A stretch of DNA of 64,000 nucleotides from Sedimentisphaerales bacterium (lineage in GTDB: Bacteria > Planctomycetota > Phycisphaerae > Sedimentisphaerales > Anaerobacaceae): positions 2,208,001 through 2,272,000 of the forward strand of contig OY970194.1 in the NCBI GenBank assembly GCA_963708075.1. Direction: 5' to 3'. Numbering within the stretch: position 1 is the first letter of the stretch; each line of letters starts with the position of its first letter. The notes beneath the pieces were generated by a model that was not told the DNA's origin, did not search any database, and saw only the letters and a program-made list of their open reading frames with translations. A program made the position numbers and the translations under genes. Shown piece after piece: positions 10,829-21,508 of this stretch.

Positions 10829-11920
10829 TCAATCCCCGAAGCAGGTGCCGACTGAGCGGGCAACCGCCACCAGGGGATTATCCGCAGGCACAATGCGCGG
10901 GCCTGTCGCCACATCCTTCAGCGGGACTTTCACTAAATCGCTGCCGCGTACGCCGACCATGTGCCCGCATTCGCCGTTGATGAGCAGATCCACAGCCTTG
11001 GCGCCGAGCGAGGTGGCCAGGACGCGGTCAAATGGCGTGGGGCAGCCTCCCCTCTGCAGATGGCCCATGACCACGACGCGGGTTTCAACCCTGCTGAGCT
11101 TTTCGATCTGTTCGCCGAGCACAAACCCGATGCCGCCGAGACGCACGGGATCGGTGCTCTCCTTGACGATTCGCTGGATGACGACGTCGCCGCCCCTGGG
11201 CTTGGCGCCTTCGGCGACGACAACGATGCTGAATCGCTTGCCCTTCCTGGCTCTATCTCTGACCTTGCTGACGATCACGTCGATATCGTAGGGGACTTCG
11301 GGGATGAGAATGATATCGCCGCCGGCGGCCACGCCCGCATGCAGGGCGATCCATCCGGCGGTGCGTCCCATCACCTCGACGATCATGACGCGATGGTGCG
11401 ACTGGGCCGTCGTGTGGACCCTGTCGATGCCCTCCGTCGCCACCGCCACCGCCGAGTCAAAACCGAATGTGATGTCCGTCCCGCGCAAGTCGTTGTCGAT
11501 TGTCTTAGGGACCCCGACAACGTCCACGCCGTCGGTCTGCAGCCGATGCGCGATGGACAATGTGCCGTCGCCTCCGATGCAGACAAGACACCTGGCCCCA
11601 ATCTTCTTCAGATTGCGGATTGCCTTGCGCGAGACGTCCTTGAGTTCCAACTGGTCCCCCCTCCGCACCGCATACCGGTAGGGATTCGCGGTATTGGATG
11701 TGCCGAGGATTGTCCCGCCGAGCGTCAGGATGCCCGAGACATCGTTGTAATGCAGCGTGCGATATCGATTCTCGATGATGCCCTCATAACCATCCTCGAT
11801 GCCGATGACCTCCATGCCGTAGTCCAGCATGGCTTTTTTCGCCACGGCCCGTATCACCGCGTTCAGGCCCGGACAGTCGCCGCCGCCGGTCAAAACTGCG
11901 ATCCGTTCTTTCTTCTTCAT
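10829..11920 (-). CDS. pfkA: 6-phosphofructokinase
   Basis: TGGGDCPGLNAVIRAV, GGTILGT, IGGDGT, PKTIDND, EVMGR and GHLQRGG. Confidence 0.95.
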   Translation of the reverse strand: MKKKERIAVLTGGGDCPGLNAVIRAVAKKAMLDYGMEVIGIEDGYEGIIENRYRTLHYNDVSGILTLGGTILGTSNTANPYRYAVRRGDQLELKDVSRKAIRNLKKIGARCLVCIGGDGTLSIAHRLQTDGVDVVGVPKTIDNDLRGTDITFGFDSAVAVATEGIDRVHTTAQSHHRVMIVEVMGRTAGWIALHAGVAAGGDIILIPEVPYDIDVIVSKVRDRARKGKRFSIVVVAEGAKPRGGDVVIQRIVKESTDPVRLGGIGFVLGEQIEKLSRVETRVVVMGHLQRGGCPTPFDRVLATSLGAKAVDLLINGECGHMVGVRGSDLVKVPLKDVATGPRIVPADNPLVAVARSVGTCFGD

Positions 11921-12031
11921 GTTCGACCTCCAAGCAAGTCCTGTATTGTTGCAGGGAGTATATGCAACGATGCAGCGAAAGAAAAGAAGATACGCAGACA
12001 TTGGGAGCATCCAATGGAATGGGCCTCTGCC

Positions 12032-12106
12032 ATGTCACCCCCGCGCAGGCGGGGGTCCAGGAACGTTCGATAGGTGACCGGATTCCCGCCTGCGCGGGAA
12101 TGACAT
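12032..12106. repeat. Palindromic element, GTCATTCCCGCG..GCGGGAATCC family
   Basis: Two hairpins inside terminal atgtca/tgacat; a near-identical reverse-complement copy lies at 29009-29081. Confidence 0.85.
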
Positions 12107-12136
12107 ACGATGGGCGGTACGTTACTTATCAAGTAC

Positions 12137-13471
12137 TTACGGCCGGAGGTCTCGATTCAACCGGCGCTGGAGGTCCTTGAGGCGGTTGACCTCGTCGAAG
12201 CCGAGTCGGAGGATGGGAAACGCCGTCTTGTTGTGCATCAGCGGCTCATCCATGTTGACCCAGCGCCGGCAGGCCTCGCCGTCCGCCGTGCCGGGAATCG
12301 GAGAGAAATCAGCCAGCATGCCGCGAATGCCGAGGCTGTGCACGAATCGCATGGAGGCTTCAAGCTCCTGCAGGTCGCTATCGGGGTGTCCAAGAATTTG
12401 ATAGGCCGTGACATTCGCCGGATCTGCGCCGGCGGCGAAGAGGTGCCTCACGGATTGGGTAAGCTCCTCCGAGAACACCTTGCCCCCGGTGCCCTGCTGC
12501 CACTGCCGCGAGGCGCTCTCGAAGCCAAGGTAGAATGTTCTGAAGCCGGCCCGCACCATGAGATCCGCCAATTCTGAGGTCACGAAGCGAGCATTGAGTG
12601 CGTTCGGCGTGTGAAAATTCACGCGGATGCCCCGCCGGATAACCTCCTGCAGGAAAGGGGCCAAGACCTTCTCCGCATCGCAGAGCAGCGCGTCATCATA
12701 GAAAGCGACATTCTTCGCTCCTCGCTCGACCAGAAGCTCTAATTCGGCCAGTGCTCGTCCCAATGGCCGCGGCTTGAAGCCCGCGTACACCTTCGGCACC
12801 GAGCAATAGCTGCACCGAAACGGACAGCCATCCGACAGCTTGATTGCCCCGACGCGGAGCAGATCGTACACCTCCCACAAAGCTGGCTGCTCTGGGTCGG
12901 GCGTCACCCCCAGTAATTGCCACAATGGCTCCAGGTCCGAGCCCACGACTACGAGATCAGCCCCCAGCCGTCGCGCGTGCTCCGTGCAGAGCGTCGCGTA
13001 GTTGCCGCCGAGAATGATCCGGGCCTCGGGGCAGACGTGCCGAATGTCCTCAATCACCTCCGCTACACCTGGATACCAGTATGTCATCATCGTCTGCACA
13101 AGCGCGAAGTCGAACGGGGCTTGCCTGCTGAGATACCCTTGGAAATTAGCACGAGGCCCACCGAATCTCCGGAAGTATCGAGGGATCTCCTTCAGAGGCG
13201 GCGGATTGGGTATCCGCTCGAAAGGAAACGTGCCCCGGCCCCACTGATCTGATTGCGGATTGGGCGGATCTTTCGATGCTATTCCGCAATCCGCATTCCG
13301 CAATCCGCAATCGCTCCACCAACGGTCCAGGTAATCGAGAAAGAGAAACTCCGCCTGTCCGCGCAGTTGCCCGGCGACAGTCAACAGCCCGTACGGCCTG
13401 AGCCAGAAATCGTAGGCGGCAAAGTCGTGAATCGGCGGATTCACCAGCAGGATTCTATGCTTCCTCGACAA
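12137..13471 (-). CDS. B12-binding-domain radical SAM protein
   Basis: ILLVNPPIHDFAAYDFW, ILGGNYATL and GCPFRCSYC (CxxxCxxC). Confidence 0.85.
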   Translation of the reverse strand: MSRKHRILLVNPPIHDFAAYDFWLRPYGLLTVAGQLRGQAEFLFLDYLDRWWSDCGLRNADCGIASKDPPNPQSDQWGRGTFPFERIPNPPPLKEIPRYFRRFGGPRANFQGYLSRQAPFDFALVQTMMTYWYPGVAEVIEDIRHVCPEARIILGGNYATLCTEHARRLGADLVVVGSDLEPLWQLLGVTPDPEQPALWEVYDLLRVGAIKLSDGCPFRCSYCSVPKVYAGFKPRPLGRALAELELLVERGAKNVAFYDDALLCDAEKVLAPFLQEVIRRGIRVNFHTPNALNARFVTSELADLMVRAGFRTFYLGFESASRQWQQGTGGKVFSEELTQSVRHLFAAGADPANVTAYQILGHPDSDLQELEASMRFVHSLGIRGMLADFSPIPGTADGEACRRWVNMDEPLMHNKTAFPILRLGFDEVNRLKDLQRRLNRDLRP

Positions 13472-14893
13472 CCTTGAAGCCCATGAGATCGCTCAGATTC
13501 CTGATGCTCTGCATGTGGTCGCCGTAGAAGACGGCCCGGTGCAGCATCGCCATCACGCCGCCTTCCAGGACGCCGGCGCCCCAGTTGTGGAACATGCTGC
13601 GGGCATCCTTCACCTGGGTCACGAATTGCGTTCGGCAGCCCAGGTCGTTGTGCGTGACGTCAATGATCTTACCCGTGGAGATGAGCATCGAGTCCAGGTT
13701 GATTAACTTCGCGCACGTCACATCCTGCCCGACGCGATTCTCCACCTCCAGCGCGACGCCCTGGTCGCTGTCCGTCTGCGTGCGAATGTTGAAAGGCAGC
13801 CGCTTGCCCTTGGGGCCATCCATCTTCGTTGACGACGTGCAATGGAAGTGAATCAAGGCGTTTCTGGCGGTATCGAAGACGGGATCGGTGATGAAGCCCG
13901 GGACGTTAAACGCGTAGCCGAACATGAGCATCGTCAGGGTCGAGTCCATGTCACCCTCGCAGGCCCCGACCATGCCCAGATCGTTGAGCTTGCTGAACGC
14001 CAGGCATCCCTTGGCCGGCTTTCCCATGCAGCCGGAGCTGGTGACCGCCTGGGCCCCCTTCTCGATCATCATCTTCTTGATCGCCAGGTAGTATCTCGCG
14101 GAGCTGATGATCTCGTCTTTCGTGGGCTCGATGATCTTCCTGGCCTTGCTCAGCCAGTACTCTTCGGCTTCCTGCTGCGCCAGCTTGATGTCCACCGCCG
14201 CATGAGCCGCAACCGTCTCCTCGATACTGACCGGGATCATCTCGACCCCGAGTTTCGCCTTGACCTGCTCGGCCGAGCAGGCGGCCGTCGTGCCGAGAGG
14301 ACCATTCACGACGAGAATCTTCGTGCGGCGAAGGTGCGGGCCCACACGCATCAGGCCGGCCACGCGATCGAGCTCGCTCCAGTCGCTCGACGGCAGCAGC
14401 AGCACCTTCTTGCCTTCCTTTCGCCATTTCGGGAAGTACATCCAGCCGTGGCCGCTGAACGGCTGTGAGAAGACTGCCGTGGGCAGGCCCGCGTTGACGA
14501 TCTGGCTCATGGCTTGGGAAGGCGCATCGCCGCCGTGTCCGCAGAGATGGAACAGCAGCACGCCATCGGCCTCCTTCAGCTTGGGGATTATGGTGCTCGC
14601 CTCGACAGGCGGGACCAGCTCGCCGCCGATGAACTTGACGTCGCCGAGCTTCGCTTCAATGCCCGCCAGGTATTTCTCGAATTTGTCAATTTCCTCGGTC
14701 GGCCGGGACAGGTAGATGCCGCCCGTCCGGCCCACGTAGACTTTGTAGATCTTCACCGGCGGCATCTTCGGCGGCCATTCACCCGCCTGCCCCGCCATCG
14801 CTGTGGAGTTGCTCAGCACCGAACCCAGGAACATCGCGCCGCGCCCGCCGCTCCGGCCTCGAGGAACTCACGTCGATTCATCGCTGCGGTCAT
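13455..14893 (-). CDS. Tat-exported L-fucose/L-arabinose isomerase-like protein, frameshift near 14835
   Basis: MNRREFLEAG Tat motif in one frame. The body has GCLAFSKLND.G..GACEGDMDS, HFHCT, GCRTQ and HRAVFYGDH. Confidence 0.7.
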
Positions 14894-15156
14894 AGTGACA
14901 GTCTCCATAAAGGGTGTGGTTGGGACTCCAATCATCTCCGAGTTTTCGCCATGATATTGGTAGAATAAGAGCATTTCCATTCGGTTGTCAACGCCCAATT
15001 CAGTTGGGCGATGTCCTTTCCAGTCCCTCGGCCGGTATTGACCTGATAGGCCCACTTATGATAAAATGGGTAAGTGCTAGATTGTCGCCTTGCGTCCCCG
15101 CCGATGTGTAACATCAGTGGTGACAGGCAGTTACAGTACCGACAGGGAGATCACAG

Positions 15157-18100
15157 ATGAGAGTATGCCACAGGCCCATCCTTTCCATCATCGCATTGGC
15201 CCTGTTCCGCGTTGCCTCGGTTCAAGGCGAGTGCCCGTTGGGGGACCTCACTGGTGATTGCCGAGTCGACGCCCGGGACGTGCAGATTCTCGCTCAGCAG
15301 CGGCTGACCCCGCCGGGCGGCGACGCCGATCTGAACGGCAACGACAGCATCAATGCGACAGGTTTTGGCCTGCTCGCCATGGACTGGCAGCATTCAGGCA
15401 TCCCGCTTCGCATCAACGAGGTTCTGGCCTCGAACGCCGCCGCCACAAAAGACCCGCAGGGCGAATACGACGACTGGATCGAAATCCACAACGCCGGGCA
15501 GCAACCAATCGACTGCGCGGGCATGTACCTGACTGACGATGCAGCGAATTCCAGGAAGTGGCAGTTCCCCACGGGCAACCCCACGCTCACGACGATCCCC
15601 GCGGATGGCTTTCTCGTGATCTGGGCGGACGCCGACACGACAATCTCCGGCCTGCACGCCAACTTCAGCCTCAGTGCAGATGGCGATGAAGTCGCCCTGT
15701 ACGACAAGGATGGCGTGACGTTAGTCGATTATATCGCTTTCGACGAGCAGCAGGCGGATGTCTCCTACGGCCGGCTGATCGATCCGCCGGACGAGTGGGA
15801 GCAGTTCGCCATGCCGACGCCGGGGATGCCAAATGTCGCCGTCTATCAGGGCATCGTCTCCGCACCCGTTTTCAGTCCCGAGCGGGGCCTTTACAACGAC
15901 GAGGTCCTCGTGACCCTCCGCACCGCGACCGAGGGGGCAAGAATCTACTACACGACCGATGGGACGGAGCCATACTTGACGACCGGCCGCTTCCCAACGG
16001 GCAAGGTGTACCAGACTCCTCTGCGGCTGACCCAGACGATGTGCCTGCGGGCCAAGGCGATCAAAGACGGCTGGAAGTCCTCCACGGTCGCGACGCACAC
16101 ATATCTCTTCATACGCGATGTCGTCTCGCGGGCCCCAGACAACACCGCCCCCGGCTCCGGCTGGCCCACGGGCAATGTCAACGGACAGATCATCAACTAC
16201 GGAATGGATCCGGAGGTCACGCACGACGCCAGATACAAGGACCTTATCGACGACGCGCTGCTGGCCATCCCGTCCATCTCCCTGGTAACGCCGCTGAGCA
16301 ACTTCTTCCATGTGGATACCGGCTTCTACGTCCACCCAGGTGCCGAAGGCCGCGAGTGGGAAAGACCGGTATCCGTGGAGCTGCTAAACCCGGACGGCAG
16401 CGAAGGGTTCCAGATTGACGCCGGAATACGCCTCCGCGGCGGCTACAGCCGAAGCACCAGTAACCCCAAACACGCCCTGCGTCTGCTCTTCCGGTCGGAG
16501 TATGGTCAGGCCAAACTCAGGTTCCCCCTCTTCGGCGACGAAGGGGTGGACGAGTTCGAGAACGTCGATCTGCGCTGCAGCCAGAACTACTCCTGGAGCT
16601 TTGGGGGCGACAGTCAGGAATCGTTCGTTCGTGAGGTGTTCTCCCGTGACGTCCAGGGCGAGACGGGCCAGCCCTACACCCGGACCCGCTTCTACCATGT
16701 CTACATCAACGGGTACTATTGGGGCCTGTACCAGACTCAGGAACGGTCGGAAGCCTCCTATGCGGAGTCCTATTTCGGCGGCGACAAAGACGATTACGAT
16801 GTCGTCAAGGTGGATCGCAGCGTCGGGCGGGCCATGCTCGCCACTGACGGCAACATGGATGCTTTTCGGCGTCTCTATGATGCATTTACGCAGGGGCTCG
16901 CCGACAACAGCAGGTACTACCGGCTGCAGGGAATGGACCCCGACGGGACTCCGAACCCCGCCTACGAGCGGTTGCTCGACGTGGACAACCTGATCGATTT
17001 CATGATCATCGAGTACTACACCGGCGACAGGGATGGGCCCGGCTCCCGTTTCGGCAATATCCCCAACAACACATACGGCATCTACAATCGGGCACACCCC
17101 GACGGCTGGAAATGGTTCCATCACGACAATGAGCACGCCCTGGGCACCAGCCAGAGCGAGACGAATATGGTCACGCCGTTCACCACGGCCGGTTCACAAT
17201 GGCGATACTTCAACCCGCACTGGCAGCACGAGCGTCTGGCCAGCACCAACACGGACTACCGGATGCACTTCGCCGATCACGTGTACCGGCACTTCTTCAA
17301 CGGCGGGCTCCTGACGCCGGACGTCTCTATCGCCCGCATCCAGAGGCGGGCCAAGGAAGTGGAGATGGCCGTCATTGCCGAGTCCGCCCGCTGGGGCGAC
17401 TCCAAGAGATCCACGCCCCTTACGAAGCAGGACTGGCAGAATGAAATCAATCGCATCGTGAACAGCTATCTCCCCGGCCGGACAGGTGTTGTCCTGAATC
17501 AGTTCAAATCCACGGGCTGGTACCCGAATGTCAATCCGCCGACATTCGACCGACAAGGCGGCCACGTCCCGCCGGGCTCCTACCTGCAAATCTCCGGTTC
17601 GGCCGGGACGCTCTACTATTGTCTCGATGGCTCTGACCCGCGTCTGCCCGGCGGCAATGTGAACACCGATCAGGCGAAGTACTACACGGCGGCCATCAAA
17701 CTGAACACAAGCACACACGTGAAGACCCGGCTGTTCAGCAACGGTACCTGGAGCGCGTTGAACGAGGCGGTCTTCGCCGTCGGGCCGGTGGCCCAGAACC
17801 TGCGGATCAGCGAGATCATGTATCATCCGGCCGAGACCGGCAATCCCGACGATCCCAATACCGAGTTCATCGAGCTGACCAATATCGGCAGCTCGACGGT
17901 CAATCTGAACCTCGTGTCGTTCTCCAATGGCGTCGATTTCACCTTCCCCAGCTATGACCTGGCCCCGGGCGCCTACTGCCTGGTGGTCAGAGATAAAGCA
18001 GCCTTCCAAGCCAAGTATGGTTCCAGTCTTCCGGTTGTGGGCCAATACGCGGGCAGTCTGAACAATGCGGGCGAGCGGATCGAGCTGCTCGATGCCGCGG

Positions 18101-19278
18101 GAACGATCATTCACAGCTTCCGCTTCGAAGACAACTGGTTCGATATCGCCGACGGGCTGGGTTTCTCGCTTACAGTGAAAGACCCCGGGACGGCGGACCC
18201 GAACGGCTACGATAATAAGGGCCTCTGGCGACCCAGCGCCAAGGCGGGTGGCTCGCCGGGTACTGACGACAGCGGCCAGGTGCCCGTACTCGGCTCAGTG
18301 GTCATCAACGAGCTTTTGGCCAACTCCGGGCAGGAGTCCGACTGGATCGAGCTGCGCAATACAACCAGCCAGGCCATCAACATCGGCGGCTGGTATCTCA
18401 GTGATGACGCCAATGATCTGACCAAGTACACAATCGGCGCTGGCACGAGCCTTCCGGCCAATGGGTACCTCGTGTTCTATGAGAACCTCCACTTTGGCAA
18501 CAAATCCGATCCCGGCTGCAAGAAGACATTTGGCCTGCGTGCGAGCGGCGAGACGGTGTATTTGCATTCGGGTTCCGCAGGCGTGCTGACCGGCTATAGC
18601 GAGCAGGAGAAATTCGACGCTTCGGAAGCAGGCGTATCGCTGGGCCGCTATGAAAAGAGCACGGGCACATACAACTTTGTGGCCCTGAGCAAGGCCACGC
18701 CCGGTGCGGCTAACGCTGCTCCGAAGATTGGGCCGATTGTGATCAATGAGATCATGTACCATCCGACGACCCCTGCCGATGCGGAGTACGTGGAACTACT
18801 CAATATCAGCAATGAGCCCGTGACGCTGTACGATCCAGCGGAAGAGACCCCTTGGCAATTCAGCGATGATGCCGGGATTGAGTTCCTGTTCCCCACGAAC
18901 TCACCCGTAACGCTCACTGCGGGCCAGTACCTGCTACTGGTCAAAGACATAGACCGATTCAGCTCCAAGTTCGCCCCCCCTGCCGGCGTGCAGATCCTCG
19001 CCTGGAGCTTCGGCAATCTGGCCGATGGCGGCGAGAAGCTCCAGCTCAGCAAGCCTGACGGCACGGACGCGAACGGCGCGCGTCAGTGGATACGCGTGGA
19101 CCGCGTCGTCTACAGCGATGGCTCACACCCGCAGGATTTCGCGGGTAGTACTGACCCCTGGCCGGTTCAGGCAGATGGCCAAGGCTCGTCACTGAGCCGG
19201 ACGGCAGCCACCGCGTACGGCAACGACCCGGACAACTGGTACGCCGCGACGCCATCGCCCGGTCGGCGCAACCCCTGA
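15157..19278 (+). CDS. Large secreted CotH-kinase-family / lamin-tail-domain protein with a dockerin-like N-terminus
   Basis: Signal peptide, GDLTGDCRVD/ADLNGNDSIN, four INE/ISE lamin-tail repeats, YYTTDGTEP, and CotH motifs RLRGGYSR and YINGYYWGLYQTQER. Confidence 0.85.
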   Translation: MRVCHRPILSIIALALFRVASVQGECPLGDLTGDCRVDARDVQILAQQRLTPPGGDADLNGNDSINATGFGLLAMDWQHSGIPLRINEVLASNAAATKDPQGEYDDWIEIHNAGQQPIDCAGMYLTDDAANSRKWQFPTGNPTLTTIPADGFLVIWADADTTISGLHANFSLSADGDEVALYDKDGVTLVDYIAFDEQQADVSYGRLIDPPDEWEQFAMPTPGMPNVAVYQGIVSAPVFSPERGLYNDEVLVTLRTATEGARIYYTTDGTEPYLTTGRFPTGKVYQTPLRLTQTMCLRAKAIKDGWKSSTVATHTYLFIRDVVSRAPDNTAPGSGWPTGNVNGQIINYGMDPEVTHDARYKDLIDDALLAIPSISLVTPLSNFFHVDTGFYVHPGAEGREWERPVSVELLNPDGSEGFQIDAGIRLRGGYSRSTSNPKHALRLLFRSEYGQAKLRFPLFGDEGVDEFENVDLRCSQNYSWSFGGDSQESFVREVFSRDVQGETGQPYTRTRFYHVYINGYYWGLYQTQERSEASYAESYFGGDKDDYDVVKVDRSVGRAMLATDGNMDAFRRLYDAFTQGLADNSRYYRLQGMDPDGTPNPAYERLLDVDNLIDFMIIEYYTGDRDGPGSRFGNIPNNTYGIYNRAHPDGWKWFHHDNEHALGTSQSETNMVTPFTTAGSQWRYFNPHWQHERLASTNTDYRMHFADHVYRHFFNGGLLTPDVSIARIQRRAKEVEMAVIAESARWGDSKRSTPLTKQDWQNEINRIVNSYLPGRTGVVLNQFKSTGWYPNVNPPTFDRQGGHVPPGSYLQISGSAGTLYYCLDGSDPRLPGGNVNTDQAKYYTAAIKLNTSTHVKTRLFSNGTWSALNEAVFAVGPVAQNLRISEIMYHPAETGNPDDPNTEFIELTNIGSSTVNLNLVSFSNGVDFTFPSYDLAPGAYCLVVRDKAAFQAKYGSSLPVVGQYAGSLNNAGERIELLDAAGTIIHSFRFEDNWFDIADGLGFSLTVKDPGTADPNGYDNKGLWRPSAKAGGSPGTDDSGQVPVLGSVVINELLANSGQESDWIELRNTTSQAINIGGWYLSDDANDLTKYTIGAGTSLPANGYLVFYENLHFGNKSDPGCKKTFGLRASGETVYLHSGSAGVLTGYSEQEKFDASEAGVSLGRYEKSTGTYNFVALSKATPGAANAAPKIGPIVINEIMYHPTTPADAEYVELLNISNEPVTLYDPAEETPWQFSDDAGIEFLFPTNSPVTLTAGQYLLLVKDIDRFSSKFAPPAGVQILAWSFGNLADGGEKLQLSKPDGTDANGARQWIRVDRVVYSDGSHPQDFAGSTDPWPVQADGQGSSLSRTAATAYGNDPDNWYAATPSPGRRNP

Positions 19279-19308
19279 TCGGCCGACCATCCATCGCGGA
19301 GGCGAGGC

Positions 19309-21496
19309 CTACTCCGTCGAGAGTTCGTAGTAGACGGCCTTGTAGTTGGCTTGCATGGTCAGGATGGTGGCATTTGATTCCACGGCCAGAGGGACCTCGC
19401 GAATTCGATTGCCGACGATATCGAGGGCCCAGGCTTTGAGCCGGCCCGCCAGATCGGATCGAATCTGCAGGCGGCCAGTGACAGCTTGGAGCAAAGCCGG
19501 ACCTTTGCCGACCTCGCGAAGCCGCCAGTATGGCGTCCCGAGCGGCGACTGCTGCGACGTAGTCTCGTATTCCATTCCTGTGTTGCGCGGGGCCTGTTGC
19601 GGTCACGAGGAGGCGGCGGGCCGATTTGACGGGGGCATCTCCATCCATTGCAGTGACATAGACGGCGCCGAAGTGCGTCGGGCTGCGCAGTGTCGTCGCT
19701 GCCAACTCGTGCGGGCGAACATGCAGGAACCCGATCACGCCCTGTGTTCGCGGCGTGTCGATCGTGACGCAGCCGGCGGAAGCATCCCAGGTGAGCTCGC
19801 CGGTGATGGACCGCGCGACCAGTTTCTCGGGGTCCCAGTACTTGCGGATGTCCTTTACGACGGGCTCGCGCGATTGCGGAACGAAACGGTAGCCGACCTT
19901 GCCAACGAGCGCTGCGGCAATGGGCGCGGGCTTGCGATCCTCGTCGAGACCGAAGACGCTCTGGTGGTCGTAGAGCGACTCGGCCACAAGGTCCGCCTCG
20001 CGGATGTCCTGCCGGTGCCACATGGCGGCCACGGCCGGGAATTGCAGAATCTGCGGCGGATTGCTGAACATGTCGAACGAGCCCGGCCCGAGGCTGTCCC
20101 GCCAGTCGGGGCTGAAGTATCCGAATTCGAGCAGGCCGTCCCAGCCCTGGAGCAGCCCGTAGGCCGCCATGAGGCCGGTGCCTTCGAGCGAGTGCTCGTT
20201 CGGCAGGCACGTGTTCCACTCGCTGATCGTCATCGGCAGACCCAGCACCTGCTCCCACGCTTTCTCGATCACCAGGTTGCCCCGCCCGAGGTAGACCAGC
20301 GTGTTCTGCTCAGGCTTTACGGCCTTGATCATCGGCTGGTTGTGGAACAGGGCCGTGGCGATCCGCCACTTCAGATTACCCTCGCCCTGCGGGTGATCCC
20401 AGTACCCGTGCCGGTCGATGTAGTCGAGCCTCGACTGGCCGAGCATGTGGACACGGGTCGCGAACTCGTGGGCCTGCCAGTTCGTCGCACTGATCGGGAC
20501 CTTCACGCCCGCATTGCGCATCGCGGCGACGCTATCGGCCCAGTACTTGTCCTCCATCTCCAGGTAAAACCGCATTTGGTCCTGGCCCCGGACTCTCTTT
20601 TCCGGGTTCGCCTGGAAATAGCGGCTGAAGAACTGCGTGCTGTTCAACAGGTTAATCCGCTGTCCCGATCCAAGCCCTTCCCCTTCAGCCAGCGACGACT
20701 TCCCATCGACAGCCCAAGCCTTTTGCAGAGCGCTATCGTCGCCATACTTCTTTCGCAGCCAGTCGGCGAATTTTTGGGCTAGCTCGTCGCGGAACGGCTG
20801 CGGAATCTCACCCCAGAACAAGGAGTCCTCATTGAGGACCTCGACCGCAGCCATCGTAGGATCATTGCAGTATCGCTTCTTCGTGTACGGGTTCATGTGC
20901 GTGAAGATATCGGCCATGCGGCGATGCATAATGCCCGCGATCTTCTCGTTGAAGAATTGAGCATGGGATGCCGGCCCCCCCTCAGGCAGCCCCGGGATCT
21001 CGTCGCCAGCCTTGAAGCGGTATATGAGTGGATAATGCACGTCGAGAATCATGTAGATGCCATTCTCGCCGAGCTTGGCAATCAGGTAGTCCAGCCGGTC
21101 GAAGCCCTGGGCACTATAATCGAACGACGTCTTGCCCGAGCGATCGTTGAGATTCTCCAGCCCGTGCATTCGCGTGATGTTGATGCCCTGGCGGCGCATC
21201 CGGCGGACGGCGTAATCAATCTGCTCCTTGGAGAAGCCGCCCACCTGGGCTCCCCAGAAACGCGTGGGCGTGCCGTCCTCAAAGACGAACCGGTCGCCCT
21301 TCACGGTTACAAAGCCGTGCTTGCCTGTCGGCGCCTCGACCCACCGGCTACAGTCCAGAATGGTCGGCCCGAAGTTGTCCTTCACCGGTTCCAGCGAGAA
21401 CCAATTCGCATCGGCTGCCGCCCGTTCGCCCCCGAGCGCGGCGCCACAGAGTAAGAACGCCACGAAACATGAACAGACACAGAATCCACGAGTCAT
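19309..21496 (-). CDS. Secreted glycoside hydrolase-like protein (clan GH-A), frameshift near 19590
   Basis: PTGKHGFV, RFWG, GINITRMH, EVLNED, DYIDRHGYWDHP and TISEWN; the true C-terminus is in ORF 19309..19575. Confidence 0.7.
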
Positions 21497-21508
21497 CGGA
21501 ATCTCTCC

